Source: Geopsychrobacteraceae bacterium
GTDB lineage: Bacteria; Desulfobacterota; Desulfuromonadia; Desulfuromonadales; Geopsychrobacteraceae
Direction of reading: 5' to 3'
Assembly: GCA_963676795.2 (NCBI GenBank)
Contig: CAXXTB010000002.1
Coordinates: 2,048,001-2,112,000 of the forward strand
Length of the DNA: 64,000 nt
Shown here: piece by piece, positions 1-11,020 of the stretch
Position numbering within the stretch: the first letter of the stretch is position 1
Layout: the number at the start of each line of letters is the position of its first letter
Position numbers and translations under genes: made by a program
The notes under the pieces: generated by a model
Told to the model about the DNA's origin: nothing
Databases searched by the model: none
What the model saw: the letters and a program-made list of their open reading frames with translations, nothing else

Positions 1-973
1 AAAACAATGACTGGTTCAGCGTCTGCATCCCAAACTTATCCTGGCCAATCTGCATCTGCGAATAAATCTGATGGATCTTGTCTTCGCGGATCAGGTTGCG
101 GATGGCCGGGTTCGGCACCATGACCTCCAGGGCCATGCAGCGTCCCTTACCATTGGCTTTAGGAATCAGGGTTTGAGAAAGAACACCCTCAAGGACAAAC
201 GAAAGCTGGGTTCTCACCTGTGATTGTTGAGTGGTCGGAAAAACGTCTATAATCCGGTTCATGGTCTGCACACAGGAATTAGTATGAAGAGTCGCAAAAC
301 AGAGATGCCCCGTCTCAGCAATAGTCAAAGCAGCCTCAATCGTCTCAATATCACGAAGCTCACCAAGCAAGACAACATCCGGGTCCTGGCGCAAAATGTA
401 TTTCAGCGCTTTTTTAAAGGAGTTGGTATCGGCGCCGACCTCACGCTGGTTGACCAGACACTTCTTATGGGGATGCAGATATTCGATCGGGTCTTCTACG
501 GTGATGATATGTTCGTAGCGGGTGGAGTTGATGGCATCGATAATAGCAGCCAGGGTCGTTGATTTACCACTACCGGTTGGCCCAGTCACCAGAACCAGAC
601 CTCTTGGTTTCTTTGCAAGGGAAGCGACGACAGGTGGCAGCCCCAACTGTTCGAAACTCCTGATTTCAAAGGGAATCGCCCGGAAAACACCAGCCGCAGC
701 GCCGCGCTGAACAAAGACGTTACCCCTAAAACGCGACAAACCCTTTACTCCAAAGGACAAGTCCAGCTCATTTTCTTCTTCAAATTTGCGTTTCTGAGCA
801 TCGGTCAACACGCTATAACAAAGCTGTTTTGTTTCGGCCGCAGTCAGGTTCGTACCTTGAAGGACAGTCATTTTACCGTCGATCCGGATCTGCGGTGGCG
901 AACCTGTCGAGATATGTAAATCTGATGCCCCCTGCTCAATCATGGTTTTAAGCAATTGATGCATATTGGCCAT
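1..973 (-). CDS. pilT: Type IV pilus retraction ATPase PilT (3' end runs off window)
   Basis: Manual translation from ATG at 973: MANMHQLLKTMIEQGASDLHISTGSPPQIR...LVTGPTGSGKSTTLA...IEDPIE...LRQDPD; directly downstream of pilB; absent from ORF track. Confidence 0.93.
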   Translation of the reverse strand, partial: MANMHQLLKTMIEQGASDLHISTGSPPQIRIDGKMTVLQGTNLTAAETKQLCYSVLTDAQKRKFEEENELDLSFGVKGLSRFRGNVFVQRGAAAGVFRAIPFEIRSFEQLGLPPVVASLAKKPRGLVLVTGPTGSGKSTTLAAIIDAINSTRYEHIITVEDPIEYLHPHKKCLVNQREVGADTNSFKKALKYILRQDPDVVLLGELRDIETIEAALTIAETGHLCFATLHTNSCVQTMNRIIDVFPTTQQSQVRTQLSFVLEGVLSQTLIPKANGKGRCMALEVMVPNPAIRNLIREDKIHQIYSQMQIGQDKFGMQTLNQSLF

Positions 974-1008
974 AGTCTTTTCCTTATCTATCAATCATCA
1001 AATAACAG

Positions 1009-2712
1009 TTAATCATCAGATACGGTTACCCGCAACACCTCTTCCAGCGTCGTCACCCCTTCTGCCATCTTTGTCAAAGCTGCCTGACGCATGGTTTTAA
1101 CACCAAGGCGCATCGATTCCTGCTTCAACTCTGCGGTGTTCGCTCCGGAAAGAACCATTTCACGCAAATCCTCGAACATCGGCATAACCTGATAAAAACC
1201 GACACGTCCCTTATAACCGGTATCATTACAGGTTGCACAACCTCGTCCTTTGTAAGGGACAAATTTACCGATTTCAGACTCGGAGATACCCGCAGACAGA
1301 AGTGCCTCTTTCGTCAGGTTATCCGGCTCTTTGCATTCGCTGCAGACCCGACGTCCAAGACGCTGCGCAGAAATCAGGTTGACCGCAGATGCGACGAGGA
1401 AGGGCTCGATCCCCATATTCAGCAAACGGTTGATGGTACTCGGCGCGTCATTGGTGTGAAGGGTCGAAAGAACCAAGTGACCTGTCAGAGCGGCCTTGAC
1501 ACCGATCTCCGCCGTCTCGAAATCACGGATCTCGCCGATCATGATGATATCAGGATCCTGGCGCAGAAAGGCACGCAGTGCCGCAGCGAAATTCAGACCG
1601 ATCTCTTCATGCATCTGTACCTGATTGATCCCGGCAAAGTTGAACTCGACAGGATCCTCTGCCGTGGAAATATTTTCCGACACTTTATTGAGCTCAGACA
1701 ACGCGGAATAGAGCGAAACGGTCTTACCGCTACCAGTCGGCCCAGTAACCAGAACCATCCCAAAAGGCTTATGAATCTCTTTTTTGAACCACTCGAGGGC
1801 CTGTTCTTCATAACCAAGTTTGGTCATATCGAGCTGCAGATTGCTCTTATCCAGCAAACGCAGAACAACCTTTTCACCGAACAGAGTTGGCAGGCAATTG
1901 ACCCGGTAATCCATCTCCTTGCCACGACCAAGCTTGATTTTGATCCGGCCATCCTGGGGAAGGCGGCGCTCTGCGATATCAAGCGAGGCCATGATCTTGA
2001 TACGGGAGGTGATGGCGTTCTTCAATTTCTTCGGTGGCTTCATGACCTCATAAAGAACACCGTCGATACGATACCTGACACGGAACAGATGCTCATAGGG
2101 TTCGATATGAATATCCGAGGCCTTCTTGTTGATGGCATCGGTCAGAATCAGATTAACCAACTTGACGACCGGGGCATCTTCACTGGCCTTCTCAAGCGTG
2201 TTGACGTCTTCCAGGTCAAAGTCTTCAACAAGCTCAAGATCATCCAGATCCTCAAGGCCGGCCAGCGTCTCCGCCATTGTCGAACTCTGATCATAGAGAC
2301 GATCGATCGCATCTTTGATTGCAGCTTCTGCTGCGACAACAACTTCAACGTTGAAGCCCGTCATAAACTTGATGTCATCTATCGCGAAAATATTTGACGG
2401 GTCAGCCATAGCCACAATCAAGGTGGCCCCGGCACGGTTGATAGGAACAAGCTGGTATTTTTGGGCAACTTCAGAAGGAATCAGTGAAACGACAGCGGGA
2501 TCGACATCGAACTCAGAAAGGTCTACAGACGGCACACCATAGTGCTTGGAAAGAAAAGAGGCAAGATCATGTTCTTCGACAAAACCCAGCTTTATAAGCG
2601 CAGCGCCCAGCCGGATCCCCTCTCTCTTCTGTTCTGAAATAGCCTGCGATAATTGGTCATCAGAAATCAGCTGATTTCTGACCAGCAGCTCACCAAGCCG
2701 ATTAACACTCAT
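1009..2712 (-). CDS. pilB: Type IV pilus assembly ATPase PilB with N-terminal MshEN-like motif
   Basis: RLGELLV...QLSQAISEQ...RLGAAL; Walker A GPTGSGKT; AEDPVE; LRQDPD; GHLVLSTLHTND; two CxxC. Confidence 0.95.
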   Translation of the reverse strand: MSVNRLGELLVRNQLISDDQLSQAISEQKREGIRLGAALIKLGFVEEHDLASFLSKHYGVPSVDLSEFDVDPAVVSLIPSEVAQKYQLVPINRAGATLIVAMADPSNIFAIDDIKFMTGFNVEVVVAAEAAIKDAIDRLYDQSSTMAETLAGLEDLDDLELVEDFDLEDVNTLEKASEDAPVVKLVNLILTDAINKKASDIHIEPYEHLFRVRYRIDGVLYEVMKPPKKLKNAITSRIKIMASLDIAERRLPQDGRIKIKLGRGKEMDYRVNCLPTLFGEKVVLRLLDKSNLQLDMTKLGYEEQALEWFKKEIHKPFGMVLVTGPTGSGKTVSLYSALSELNKVSENISTAEDPVEFNFAGINQVQMHEEIGLNFAAALRAFLRQDPDIIMIGEIRDFETAEIGVKAALTGHLVLSTLHTNDAPSTINRLLNMGIEPFLVASAVNLISAQRLGRRVCSECKEPDNLTKEALLSAGISESEIGKFVPYKGRGCATCNDTGYKGRVGFYQVMPMFEDLREMVLSGANTAELKQESMRLGVKTMRQAALTKMAEGVTTLEEVLRVTVSDD

Positions 2713-2920
2713 GCAATCTGGCACCTTTCCACATAAATTTCAATTAAGTTGATTTGGGCAGACATTCAGATGTTTTTACCGCCAAAACCCTTGTCATTTT
2801 TAATAAATTTAATCCCAGTTAACGAATATAACATAAGAAATAACTCAGTTCCAGAATTAAAACATGCCAATACAAATAAAGACAACGGATTCATTCATAA
2901 AACACACGCTGATAAGCAGC

Positions 2921-3859
2921 TCAACCTGTCCGCCGATGATGAGCCAATATTGCTCTCGATTTTTCAACATCACTGCGGATAGCATCAGCCAGAGAACTCA
3001 GATTTTCGAACTTCTTTTCATCCCTGATACGCTCGACAAAATGCACCCGCAATCGCCTGCCATACAGGTTACCGGAAAAATCCAGAAAATGAACCTCAAT
3101 GGAGGGCGCATTCTCGCCAAAGGTAGGCCGGACTCCGAGACTGGCAACACCATCGTAACAACCATCAGCATACTCAATCTGCACGGCGTAGACGCCTGCG
3201 GCAGGAAGCAGTTCTTTTTCTGTCTCTATATTTGCAGTCGGATAACCGAGCTGTCGTCCTCGCCGGTCGCCAGGAACAACAATTCCTTCAAGGCTGAAAT
3301 ACCTGCCAAGCAAATCGGTAACAGCCGACACATGACCTGCCGTAACAAGCTTTCGAATATTCGTGGAGCTATAAAGAATCTCACCAGAACGGACAGGCGC
3401 CATAACTTCCACCTCAAAACCAGACTGCCTGCCAAAGCTTTGCAGAAACTCTACTGTCCCACTACGCTTATGGCCAAAAGCATAGTCGTAACCAACGACG
3501 ACAGCTTTGACCTGCAGAGTCTTGATCAAAATATTAGCAACAAATTCATCCGGAGAAATGGACGAAAATTCGGAAGTGAATGGCTCTTCGACAAGAAGAT
3601 CTATACCAGACTGGCTTATCAACTGCCTTTTTTCTGCAGCAGTATTGATCAACAAAGGAGCCCTTTCTGGCGCCAACAACTTCAAAGGATGTGGCTCGAA
3701 GGTAAAGACGGCCGAACTCGCATTGAGGCGCTCTGCCGCTTGTATCACTTTTTGAAATAACGCCCTGTGACCTAGATGAACACCATCGAAGTTACCTAAA
3801 GTGACAACTGTAGGACCCAGATTGGCTTTAACAAAAGACGATAAATTTAATGTTTTCAT
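2921..3859 (-). CDS. ribF: Bifunctional riboflavin kinase/FAD synthetase
   Basis: GNFDGVHLGH, GYDYAFG, GRQLGYPTAN, GVRPTF motifs. Confidence 0.95.
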   Translation of the reverse strand: MKTLNLSSFVKANLGPTVVTLGNFDGVHLGHRALFQKVIQAAERLNASSAVFTFEPHPLKLLAPERAPLLINTAAEKRQLISQSGIDLLVEEPFTSEFSSISPDEFVANILIKTLQVKAVVVGYDYAFGHKRSGTVEFLQSFGRQSGFEVEVMAPVRSGEILYSSTNIRKLVTAGHVSAVTDLLGRYFSLEGIVVPGDRRGRQLGYPTANIETEKELLPAAGVYAVQIEYADGCYDGVASLGVRPTFGENAPSIEVHFLDFSGNLYGRRLRVHFVERIRDEKKFENLSSLADAIRSDVEKSRAILAHHRRTG

Positions 3860-3904
3860 AAAATCCGCTCAATATTGAGGACTCCCAAGATACCCCACTA
3901 TACA

Positions 3905-3934
3905 AAAAAGCCTGCTGGTCTGCCAGCAGGCTTT
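3905..3934 (-). terminator. Intrinsic terminator after the minor pilin operon
   Basis: AAAAAAGCCTGCTGG-TCTG-CCAGCAGGCTTT hairpin with T-tract on minus strand. Confidence 0.75.
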
Positions 3935-3955
3935 AAAGATTGAGCACCAATATTT

Positions 3956-4387
3956 TCACCAGCAATCGGTCGGTTGTTTTCGCCCCAGGCTGTCGATGCT
4001 CAATGTTCCACAGTGATCATCTGCCTGAGATCCATTCGGCACCGCCTGAATAATGTATTCGACTGGAGCCGTGTATGCGGTGGCACTATCATTTTCTCCG
4101 CCGGCCTTCGCTTCGACAAAACTTAGCGAATAACGTCCACCTGCAGTCGTCGTTTTCGACAAAACAGCATCTTCGTAGTTATCATTACGCGACGCATAGC
4201 GCTCGATTAGACGGACCTCTTCAAGCAGATCCGCTTTCGCATCAGCACGAAATGATTGTCGGTAATAACGGCCATAGATCGGCACCGCAACAGCAGCAAT
4301 GATACCAATTATCGCCACAACAATAACAAGCTCAATCAAAGTAAAACCATTACGATCATTTAAAGAATTCATCATCTTTCCAAACAT
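3956..4387 (-). CDS. pilE: Type IV minor pilin PilE-like
   Basis: Class III signal G|FTLIELVIVVAIIGII; C-terminal CGTL...CW; position after pilY1. Confidence 0.8.
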   Translation of the reverse strand: MFGKMMNSLNDRNGFTLIELVIVVAIIGIIAAVAVPIYGRYYRQSFRADAKADLLEEVRLIERYASRNDNYEDAVLSKTTTAGGRYSLSFVEAKAGGENDSATAYTAPVEYIIQAVPNGSQADDHCGTLSIDSLGRKQPTDCW

Positions 4388-4399
4388 GAGAGCAATAGA

Positions 4400-7300
4400 T
4401 TAGCGCAGCTGTCGCCATGAGCCGCGACCGGAAGATTCACCGGAACCTCTAATCTGGTCATCATTAAAACCATCAGGATCAGTTCCTGTCGTCAACAGGT
4501 GCAGCGTATCACCAGCAGAAACGACAGCCGGAGTGGAAATAATCCCGGAATCGGACTTGACACTACTGACAGTGAAGGCCGTTCCAGAATCGGTGACCTG
4601 ATCGCCCGCATCGTAAGACCCATCGCCATTGACATCAAAGACACTATAGCCAAGAGCTCCGCCAGTGTCAGGATCAACAACCATGGTCCAGCTGTCGCCG
4701 CCAAAAGCGCATACATCATCGCTAGGGATCAGTGTGACATAAATCAGATAACCGGAATAAACTTGGGCCCGCTCAACAACCCTCTCCCCTGCCGCAACAT
4801 TGCTTGGAGGAACCAGGTCGAGATACCAGCCACGGTCTTGGTTATTGGAATAATCGACCGCGTTATCAGACAGCGCCCTGACCTCAGCGCCGGAAGCCGT
4901 CGTAGCCTGAAGATTTATGGTCTGCTCGACCAATGCAAATTTGGAATCAGAACGATCATATTCACGAGCATCAAATTCCGTTCCATCGTCATAAATACCA
5001 TACATGGTCTGAACATCAGCAGGGCTGCCAACGATATTGTCCCCGGTTGCGTAATACTTCCCGGTCCCGAAATAGACCATGACATCGTCTGTATCAGCAT
5101 TTGTCCCTGCAGCAACACTGATCTCAGGACGGGCGGTAATCGGCTGTACATTGCCGGAGTCGTCTTGAGCAATGAAGAGTGGAGTTGTTGCGCCATAGGC
5201 AGATTCCCAATTCGATGCGCTGGCGTCTGTAACGTCAAACTTCCACATATTGCCCTGCAGATCACCGGCGTAGATGTAATCGACGACGGAATCCTTCAAG
5301 CCACCGTCATAATCGATCGGAGCCACGCCCGACAGGCCATTACTCGCTCCGCCAACGTCGATCGAGGCAACCAGAGAGCCGTCAGTCAGATCGGCAACAT
5401 AGAGAACAGCTTTGCCGCTGGCACCTTCATAGCCGTTACCGAACACGGCACAGAAGTCACCGTTGGCCATCCGCACAATGAACGGCTGATCGAGAATGTA
5501 GCCAAGTTCCCCGTAGCCAGTGGTTGCCGGGGTGATCTCCCACAACACATCTGAGGCGGAAAAATTGTCTGGATCAGTCACACGCAGGGCATAAACGCCC
5601 TTACCGCCAGCACCAAGACTACCGACCAGAATAGTCTCCCATTCTTTAGTCCCGTCACTGTCCAGATCGACATAGGCGTCGGTCGCCCGAGGGGGACCGT
5701 CGACAAAATAGGTATGGTCATAATCCGGCGAGGTCAGTTCGCTGAGTTTGCTGTAGACACTGTTCGGCACATAGGCAAACAGCTCCTTGCCTCCATAAAG
5801 ACTATTGGCAGTATCTCTTTTCCCTGCATCGAAGGCGTGCAGCATGCCGTCATTAGCGCCAACATAGAGAACTTCGCTTCGGTTCAGATAATCGCTGGTC
5901 GAACGATAGGTCACATACTCGTTTCCTTCCGTACAGTCAGTCCCCGTACAGAGATTGGCATAACCGTAGTTCTGTGATCCGGCATACCATGGATCAGAGT
6001 TAATAATATCCCCCAGCAAGGAGTTACGGTTCCTGAAGGTGCCACCATTATCCTCCTCCAGACTGATGCTACCGCGCAGGTAGGCGACCCGCTCTGCTCC
6101 CAGCCCATCATTTACACTATTGATATCCGTATTCAATACCAATTGCTGAGCTGTATCCAGGTTAGCCCAGACAAAGGCTTTTCCCGTATAGGCCGAGATG
6201 CCGGAATCATAGCTATAGGTATAGATTTTACGATCACCGACCGGGCTGGCCATATTGGTCAACAGGTCACCCGCGTACCATTCCGCGGGATCGAGAGTTC
6301 CGTCGTAATTCAGCGGATAAGCGGTCAACTCACCAGCCCAGGTCTCGGTATTGAAAGTCGCCAGATAGACGAAGGAATCGGTATTCAAACGGGTCGAGTT
6401 GGTGGCAACAGAGGCAGCCGATGTCTGAACCCCGACAATCTCATCAAAGGCCCTGGACAGCTGATCGGACAGGGTCAGGGCATTGGTGACCAGGAAGTAG
6501 TTATCAGGGTCGCCGTCTCCATCCTTATCGTACTCGACGCTGTCTGGCAGGTTATTCTCCGTGGCTCCGGTCACAGTCTCGTCGAACAAGCCATACTTGG
6601 CAGCGTACCACAAAGGATTTTTCAAAAAAGAAGCCGAAGAACTGCTACTGGATGGGGTAAAGGTGCGCGAAGCGGTCAACCCCAGGTAATCCCCGGCGAC
6701 CACCGGTGTATCCAGAGGATAATGGATATCACTACCACCGACATCCTTGACCTCGAGATAGACACCATCTGCCGTTGTACCACTGATGACATACCCCATA
6801 TGCTGATCAATCCCACCCGCAGCATAGGTGGATACAACATCGATCGTCACTGTGTCGTCGCTGACATCGCTGGTACCGTTATCATTCACCGTATAGGTAT
6901 ATTTGGCGATCGCATCCATGTCATGGTCCGCCCCCTGCTCGACATCCTCAAAGTTGATACTGAAGGTCCCCGATGTCGCGGTCAGTGATTCGACATAATA
7001 ATCGACAATACTGTTGGTCGGAGCGTAGACATTATAATCAACGCCATCACCACTGACCGACTTGGCAAAAGGCACGACGGTCACTGTTGTCCCGGCCACC
7101 GAGATTTTGATCTCCGGCAGAGGTGAAGCCAGAGCCACGGCGAAGGTACTCACCGTCTGATCGTCATCGGCGGCATTCAGGTCATTCATCAAACCGTAAT
7201 AGGCGACGCTGGCCGGATAGTAACTCCCCTGCTTGGTCGGTTCCTCAGGAGCCAGACCACGGATATTGCCGAAGCTGGTCACTGTTTTGGCTGTCGGAGC

Positions 7301-9298
7301 ATCATCACTGACAGTCCCGGACTGACCGATAAAGAACTGCTGGTCCGAACCGTATTCGTGACTCCAGATGGTATCGCCAAGAGCTTCGACATCCATTCCA
7401 CTTATTGAGTCGCTCGGATCGGAGCCAAAATATGACCCCGGCAGATTGTCAGAATCAAAAGAAGGGTTGATATCACTGATAACCAGTTCAAAAGCCTTGG
7501 CACAGGGCTCGCAAGTCTCGTATGGGTCGTCCCAGGTCGACACCAGAGGCAGCCCCAGAGTCGCATCGGGAGTGTCTGTGGAGGTTATAGAAAAGATGCT
7601 GGTCGGGCTCTTCTTACCGGCAAAATAGCGCAGACCCTCATACATCATCTCGGCAACAGGGTTCCCCCAGTCGCTGCACTCACCGTTATCCATTGGCCCG
7701 TCTTTGATCCAGCCACAACTGTACTGATGGCTGCCACCGAAGTTTGTCGTCTGAATGTTGTCGATCGTGGTGATAATATCCCCGCTGGTGAACTGCCCCG
7801 TATCCGGATTCACCTCATCGGCAAACGAACCGATTTTCTTCCTGAGCACTCCTCCTTGCGTATTATTGTGATAAGAACCGGTCAACAGCCCAAAATACAT
7901 CTGATCATCTTCACCATAATCCTGCAGCAAGCCAGTCGGTTTATAGAAGGTATAGGTGCCGTCACTGTAGGACTTACAATTGTCTTCAAGGAACGAACTG
8001 TTACAGACCTCAATCCGAACAGAATAATCGGTCATGACCGATGCAGGCACGGCATTGTCCCAGTAGAGATACCAGTTTGCTGAACCAGTGAGTTCCTGAT
8101 GACGGAAGCGAATTGGGTATGTTCCAGCAGCTAAATAAACAGTACCACTATACAGAGCATTGGCCCCGCCGGTTCTCCCATGGGCTCCGTACCAATATGC
8201 GACCCGATCCGAAAGGGTATAACCGTCAGATCCAGAATCAATATAAAAATCGATCGCATCATCACCATCGACATAGAACGTATAAGTACCGCTCGTCGTA
8301 ATGACGATACTTCCTTCAATAACACTGATAAAATAATCAGCTCCATACGGATCAGAGCCATTGATAGTTGTCAAAGTCTGTGTGTGAGCTAGGTTCGCCG
8401 GAATCCCATAAGTGCTAAATGCATTATCGAAATCGGTGGAACTAGCTACGGTTCCCGGGTTCGCTGCATAAAACCGCTGCATCAAGCCAGAAAGGTTGGA
8501 AGAAGAAACGATGCTTGTTCCACTTGCCGTAGCAGTGCAATTAGTACGCCCGGAGCCATCATTGCAATCGCTTCCGGCGACCGGTCGCTCAATAGAAACC
8601 CATTCCCAGATCCGGTAATGTGAATCATTCAAGACCCTCAGCAATGGTTCTGTCGTATTCAGTAAAGTGACATTGGCAAACAGGTGGCGAGTCCCTGATG
8701 CCGGCAGTGCTAGCGGAGAATAGTTACGGATATCGTAACCGTCATTGGCAACAGAGGAGTACTCCTTGCCCCAGGCATGGGCGTTCTGTGGGACATGAGA
8801 ACGCTCAAGAACTGTCAGCGCGGCTCCGGTTGATGTGTCTGCAGAATCTGTGGAACGGTAACCGCCATAGAGAACCTTGCGCAAAGCATCCAAACGGCTG
8901 GTCGTCAGGTAGTTGAGAAAATCGCCGCTCCATTCGTCCGTACCGGAGCAGGTTTTATCCGTTGTGGCCGAAGTCGGCTCAAAGCGGCTGTTCGAGGCAT
9001 CATATTCGTAACAGAGATGAGAATCAAAGTAGCCAAAATAGTCAATATTGTTTGGCTTGTAACCGACATCCACCGTGTTATCGCCATCAAGGTCCGAAGC
9101 ATCATTGTATGCCTCATAATACAGCTTATGATCACGCCCCATGATCAGCAGATTCAACGGAGGAACCTGGCCGGAAAGGAATAATGGCGACTCTGCAACC
9201 GCAGCCCACAGCTGCCCTGCAAAAGAGCCGCTGAAAACCAGCAGAGATACGCCTATCAGCAAAGCCGACTTCACCGATACACTATTCATTATTTTCAT
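4400..9298 (-). CDS. pilY1: Pilus tip adhesin PilY1 with internal PA14-like domain
   Basis: Signal peptide; C-terminal beta-propeller motifs LGDIINS, YVGANDGMLHAF, YFVDG, YAGDLQGNMWKFD, YFGTGKY, GWYLDL; several DxDxDG loops. Confidence 0.9.
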   Translation of the reverse strand: MKIMNSVSVKSALLIGVSLLVFSGSFAGQLWAAVAESPLFLSGQVPPLNLLIMGRDHKLYYEAYNDASDLDGDNTVDVGYKPNNIDYFGYFDSHLCYEYDASNSRFEPTSATTDKTCSGTDEWSGDFLNYLTTSRLDALRKVLYGGYRSTDSADTSTGAALTVLERSHVPQNAHAWGKEYSSVANDGYDIRNYSPLALPASGTRHLFANVTLLNTTEPLLRVLNDSHYRIWEWVSIERPVAGSDCNDGSGRTNCTATASGTSIVSSSNLSGLMQRFYAANPGTVASSTDFDNAFSTYGIPANLAHTQTLTTINGSDPYGADYFISVIEGSIVITTSGTYTFYVDGDDAIDFYIDSGSDGYTLSDRVAYWYGAHGRTGGANALYSGTVYLAAGTYPIRFRHQELTGSANWYLYWDNAVPASVMTDYSVRIEVCNSSFLEDNCKSYSDGTYTFYKPTGLLQDYGEDDQMYFGLLTGSYHNNTQGGVLRKKIGSFADEVNPDTGQFTSGDIITTIDNIQTTNFGGSHQYSCGWIKDGPMDNGECSDWGNPVAEMMYEGLRYFAGKKSPTSIFSITSTDTPDATLGLPLVSTWDDPYETCEPCAKAFELVISDINPSFDSDNLPGSYFGSDPSDSISGMDVEALGDTIWSHEYGSDQQFFIGQSGTVSDDAPTAKTVTSFGNIRGLAPEEPTKQGSYYPASVAYYGLMNDLNAADDDQTVSTFAVALASPLPEIKISVAGTTVTVVPFAKSVSGDGVDYNVYAPTNSIVDYYVESLTATSGTFSINFEDVEQGADHDMDAIAKYTYTVNDNGTSDVSDDTVTIDVVSTYAAGGIDQHMGYVISGTTADGVYLEVKDVGGSDIHYPLDTPVVAGDYLGLTASRTFTPSSSSSSASFLKNPLWYAAKYGLFDETVTGATENNLPDSVEYDKDGDGDPDNYFLVTNALTLSDQLSRAFDEIVGVQTSAASVATNSTRLNTDSFVYLATFNTETWAGELTAYPLNYDGTLDPAEWYAGDLLTNMASPVGDRKIYTYSYDSGISAYTGKAFVWANLDTAQQLVLNTDINSVNDGLGAERVAYLRGSISLEEDNGGTFRNRNSLLGDIINSDPWYAGSQNYGYANLCTGTDCTEGNEYVTYRSTSDYLNRSEVLYVGANDGMLHAFDAGKRDTANSLYGGKELFAYVPNSVYSKLSELTSPDYDHTYFVDGPPRATDAYVDLDSDGTKEWETILVGSLGAGGKGVYALRVTDPDNFSASDVLWEITPATTGYGELGYILDQPFIVRMANGDFCAVFGNGYEGASGKAVLYVADLTDGSLVASIDVGGASNGLSGVAPIDYDGGLKDSVVDYIYAGDLQGNMWKFDVTDASASNWESAYGATTPLFIAQDDSGNVQPITARPEISVAAGTNADTDDVMVYFGTGKYYATGDNIVGSPADVQTMYGIYDDGTEFDAREYDRSDSKFALVEQTINLQATTASGAEVRALSDNAVDYSNNQDRGWYLDLVPPSNVAAGERVVERAQVYSGYLIYVTLIPSDDVCAFGGDSWTMVVDPDTGGALGYSVFDVNGDGSYDAGDQVTDSGTAFTVSSVKSDSGIISTPAVVSAGDTLHLLTTGTDPDGFNDDQIRGSGESSGRGSWRQLR

Positions 9299-9347
9299 AG
9301 ACACACCCTTTCCTGCCCCCAGCTATATTTGAAATATATATTCAAGA

Positions 9348-9869
9348 CTAACGAAGAAAAGTTGACTGAAGGACAACAACCGCATTACTACGGGTCCCAA
9401 CACCCCTGGCCGTAACCCGATACATCTGCCGCTCGCTCACCTCGGTCCCCGCCACCAGGCTGTCGTTCCCCTCTCCTTCGACCACCACCAACTCTTCAAT
9501 GACGTAACGGGGAGCTTCCACAGCACTTGAAATTGTTCCGCTATAGGCAACAGAATCACTGGTATTCCAATTCAGATAATCCAGAATATCGATGCCAGTC
9601 GTTTCCTTATAAAGCCCGCTGGCAACCAGGTTTTGATAGGTCCCCGGGAAGTCTGGCAAGGTCGCACCATCGAGATAGTCCTCACCCTCACGCAAAGCGG
9701 CCTCCGCCGCCTGAAAAGCAATATTCCGGCTGGCCTGGTTACGGCTCATGACCTCTTCCAGGGTACTGTTGTTCATGCCGGAAATGCCGATCAGGGTCAA
9801 AACCAGTAGTATCAATAGACCGGTAATTAAAACCGCTCCATTTTCATTATTCACAGGTGAAAGCTTCAT
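9348..9869 (-). CDS. pilX: Minor pilin PilX
   Basis: G|AVLITGL (no Glu5), AFQAAEAALREGE, YRVTARGVG...VVLQSTF. Confidence 0.88.
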   Translation of the reverse strand: MKLSPVNNENGAVLITGLLILLVLTLIGISGMNNSTLEEVMSRNQASRNIAFQAAEAALREGEDYLDGATLPDFPGTYQNLVASGLYKETTGIDILDYLNWNTSDSVAYSGTISSAVEAPRYVIEELVVVEGEGNDSLVAGTEVSERQMYRVTARGVGTRSNAVVVLQSTFLR

Positions 9870-9892
9870 ACCTAAACCTCCCCAATTCCTAC

Positions 9893-11020
9893 CTAAGGCA
9901 AGCGGTTACGGATTCCAACAGTGGTGACAAGCACCTGCCTGAGTCGACGGTCATCAGCAGGAGAAGCCACTGTCCCGTTGCCAATCGGGTCGATGTTGGC
10001 GGTTCCGTTGACGGTATAGGTCGCCGTATCGTAACCCTTCTTTGCGATCTCATTCTGACTCCGTAACAGAAAACCGATACGCACGGCCAGAACGTTCCCC
10101 CAGTCCGAATCGATGGAAGAATCGTTAGCCGGAACAAAGTCGTCGACATTCTGATCGTCATTATTATCCACGCCGTAGAGCACCTGCATATTTTCTACCC
10201 CGGGAACCAACTCCTGAACAGCGGCACTTCCATTTTTAAAATAAAGACTGGGCTCATTGGAACCATTGTTGCGGATGTAAAAAACCAGTGTACGCGGAAT
10301 GAGAATCTCGGCATCTTCGGAATATTCGTGCCCGAAATCCTTGGTACTGTTGCCTGGAGTACCCACCCCCGTGTTATGAACCAGGTTGCCGTTTGAATCG
10401 GTATAGTTGGTCGCCTGAAATACCGTGGCTTCAATACAATCGGTTACGATAAGAATCTCACCGGTAACGGCGGGAAGGATACCGCCACCGATAATCCCCG
10501 AGGTAATCTTCAGATCGGCCGAAACGTTGTCCATATGGCCGGTCACCTGAATATTCATGTTTGGATTGATTCCCCGCAGCACCAGAATGTCGCTCCCGGC
10601 TAGGGGCGATGTGATGCCGTTAATCGCCGTGTCATCCGCCGTCTGAGTCGGATCAACAGCCCCCGTACCGTCCGCCCAGGCGGCCGTGGTCATAGAAGTC
10701 GCTTCAAGACCATAGATGGGCTGGCCAAAATCATAGATAAAATCAGTGGAATTCAGGATATTAATGTAAGAGCCAATCTGGGTAGCACAGCCCATATAGC
10801 CCGACATCCTGACTTCCCGGGTCAGATAATCAACCAGAAAGCGACTGTTCTCCTGCAAGCGGGAATGTTCCTGATTATAGCGATATCCGGTATCACTGCT
10901 GAGAAACACCTGATAGACTCCCCCGAGCAGAACCAGACCGATTGCAACGGCGACCAACAGCTCGACAAGACTCATACCATCGTTCTGCCGAAGTTTCTCT
11001 CTTAAGAAGGTTCTTTTCAT
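9893..11020 (-). CDS. pilW: Minor pilin PilW
   Basis: G|MSLVELLVA, LQENSRF, GVENMQVLYGVD, AVRIGFLLRS, IRNRLP end. Confidence 0.88.
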   Translation of the reverse strand: MKRTFLREKLRQNDGMSLVELLVAVAIGLVLLGGVYQVFLSSDTGYRYNQEHSRLQENSRFLVDYLTREVRMSGYMGCATQIGSYINILNSTDFIYDFGQPIYGLEATSMTTAAWADGTGAVDPTQTADDTAINGITSPLAGSDILVLRGINPNMNIQVTGHMDNVSADLKITSGIIGGGILPAVTGEILIVTDCIEATVFQATNYTDSNGNLVHNTGVGTPGNSTKDFGHEYSEDAEILIPRTLVFYIRNNGSNEPSLYFKNGSAAVQELVPGVENMQVLYGVDNNDDQNVDDFVPANDSSIDSDWGNVLAVRIGFLLRSQNEIAKKGYDTATYTVNGTANIDPIGNGTVASPADDRRLRQVLVTTVGIRNRLP

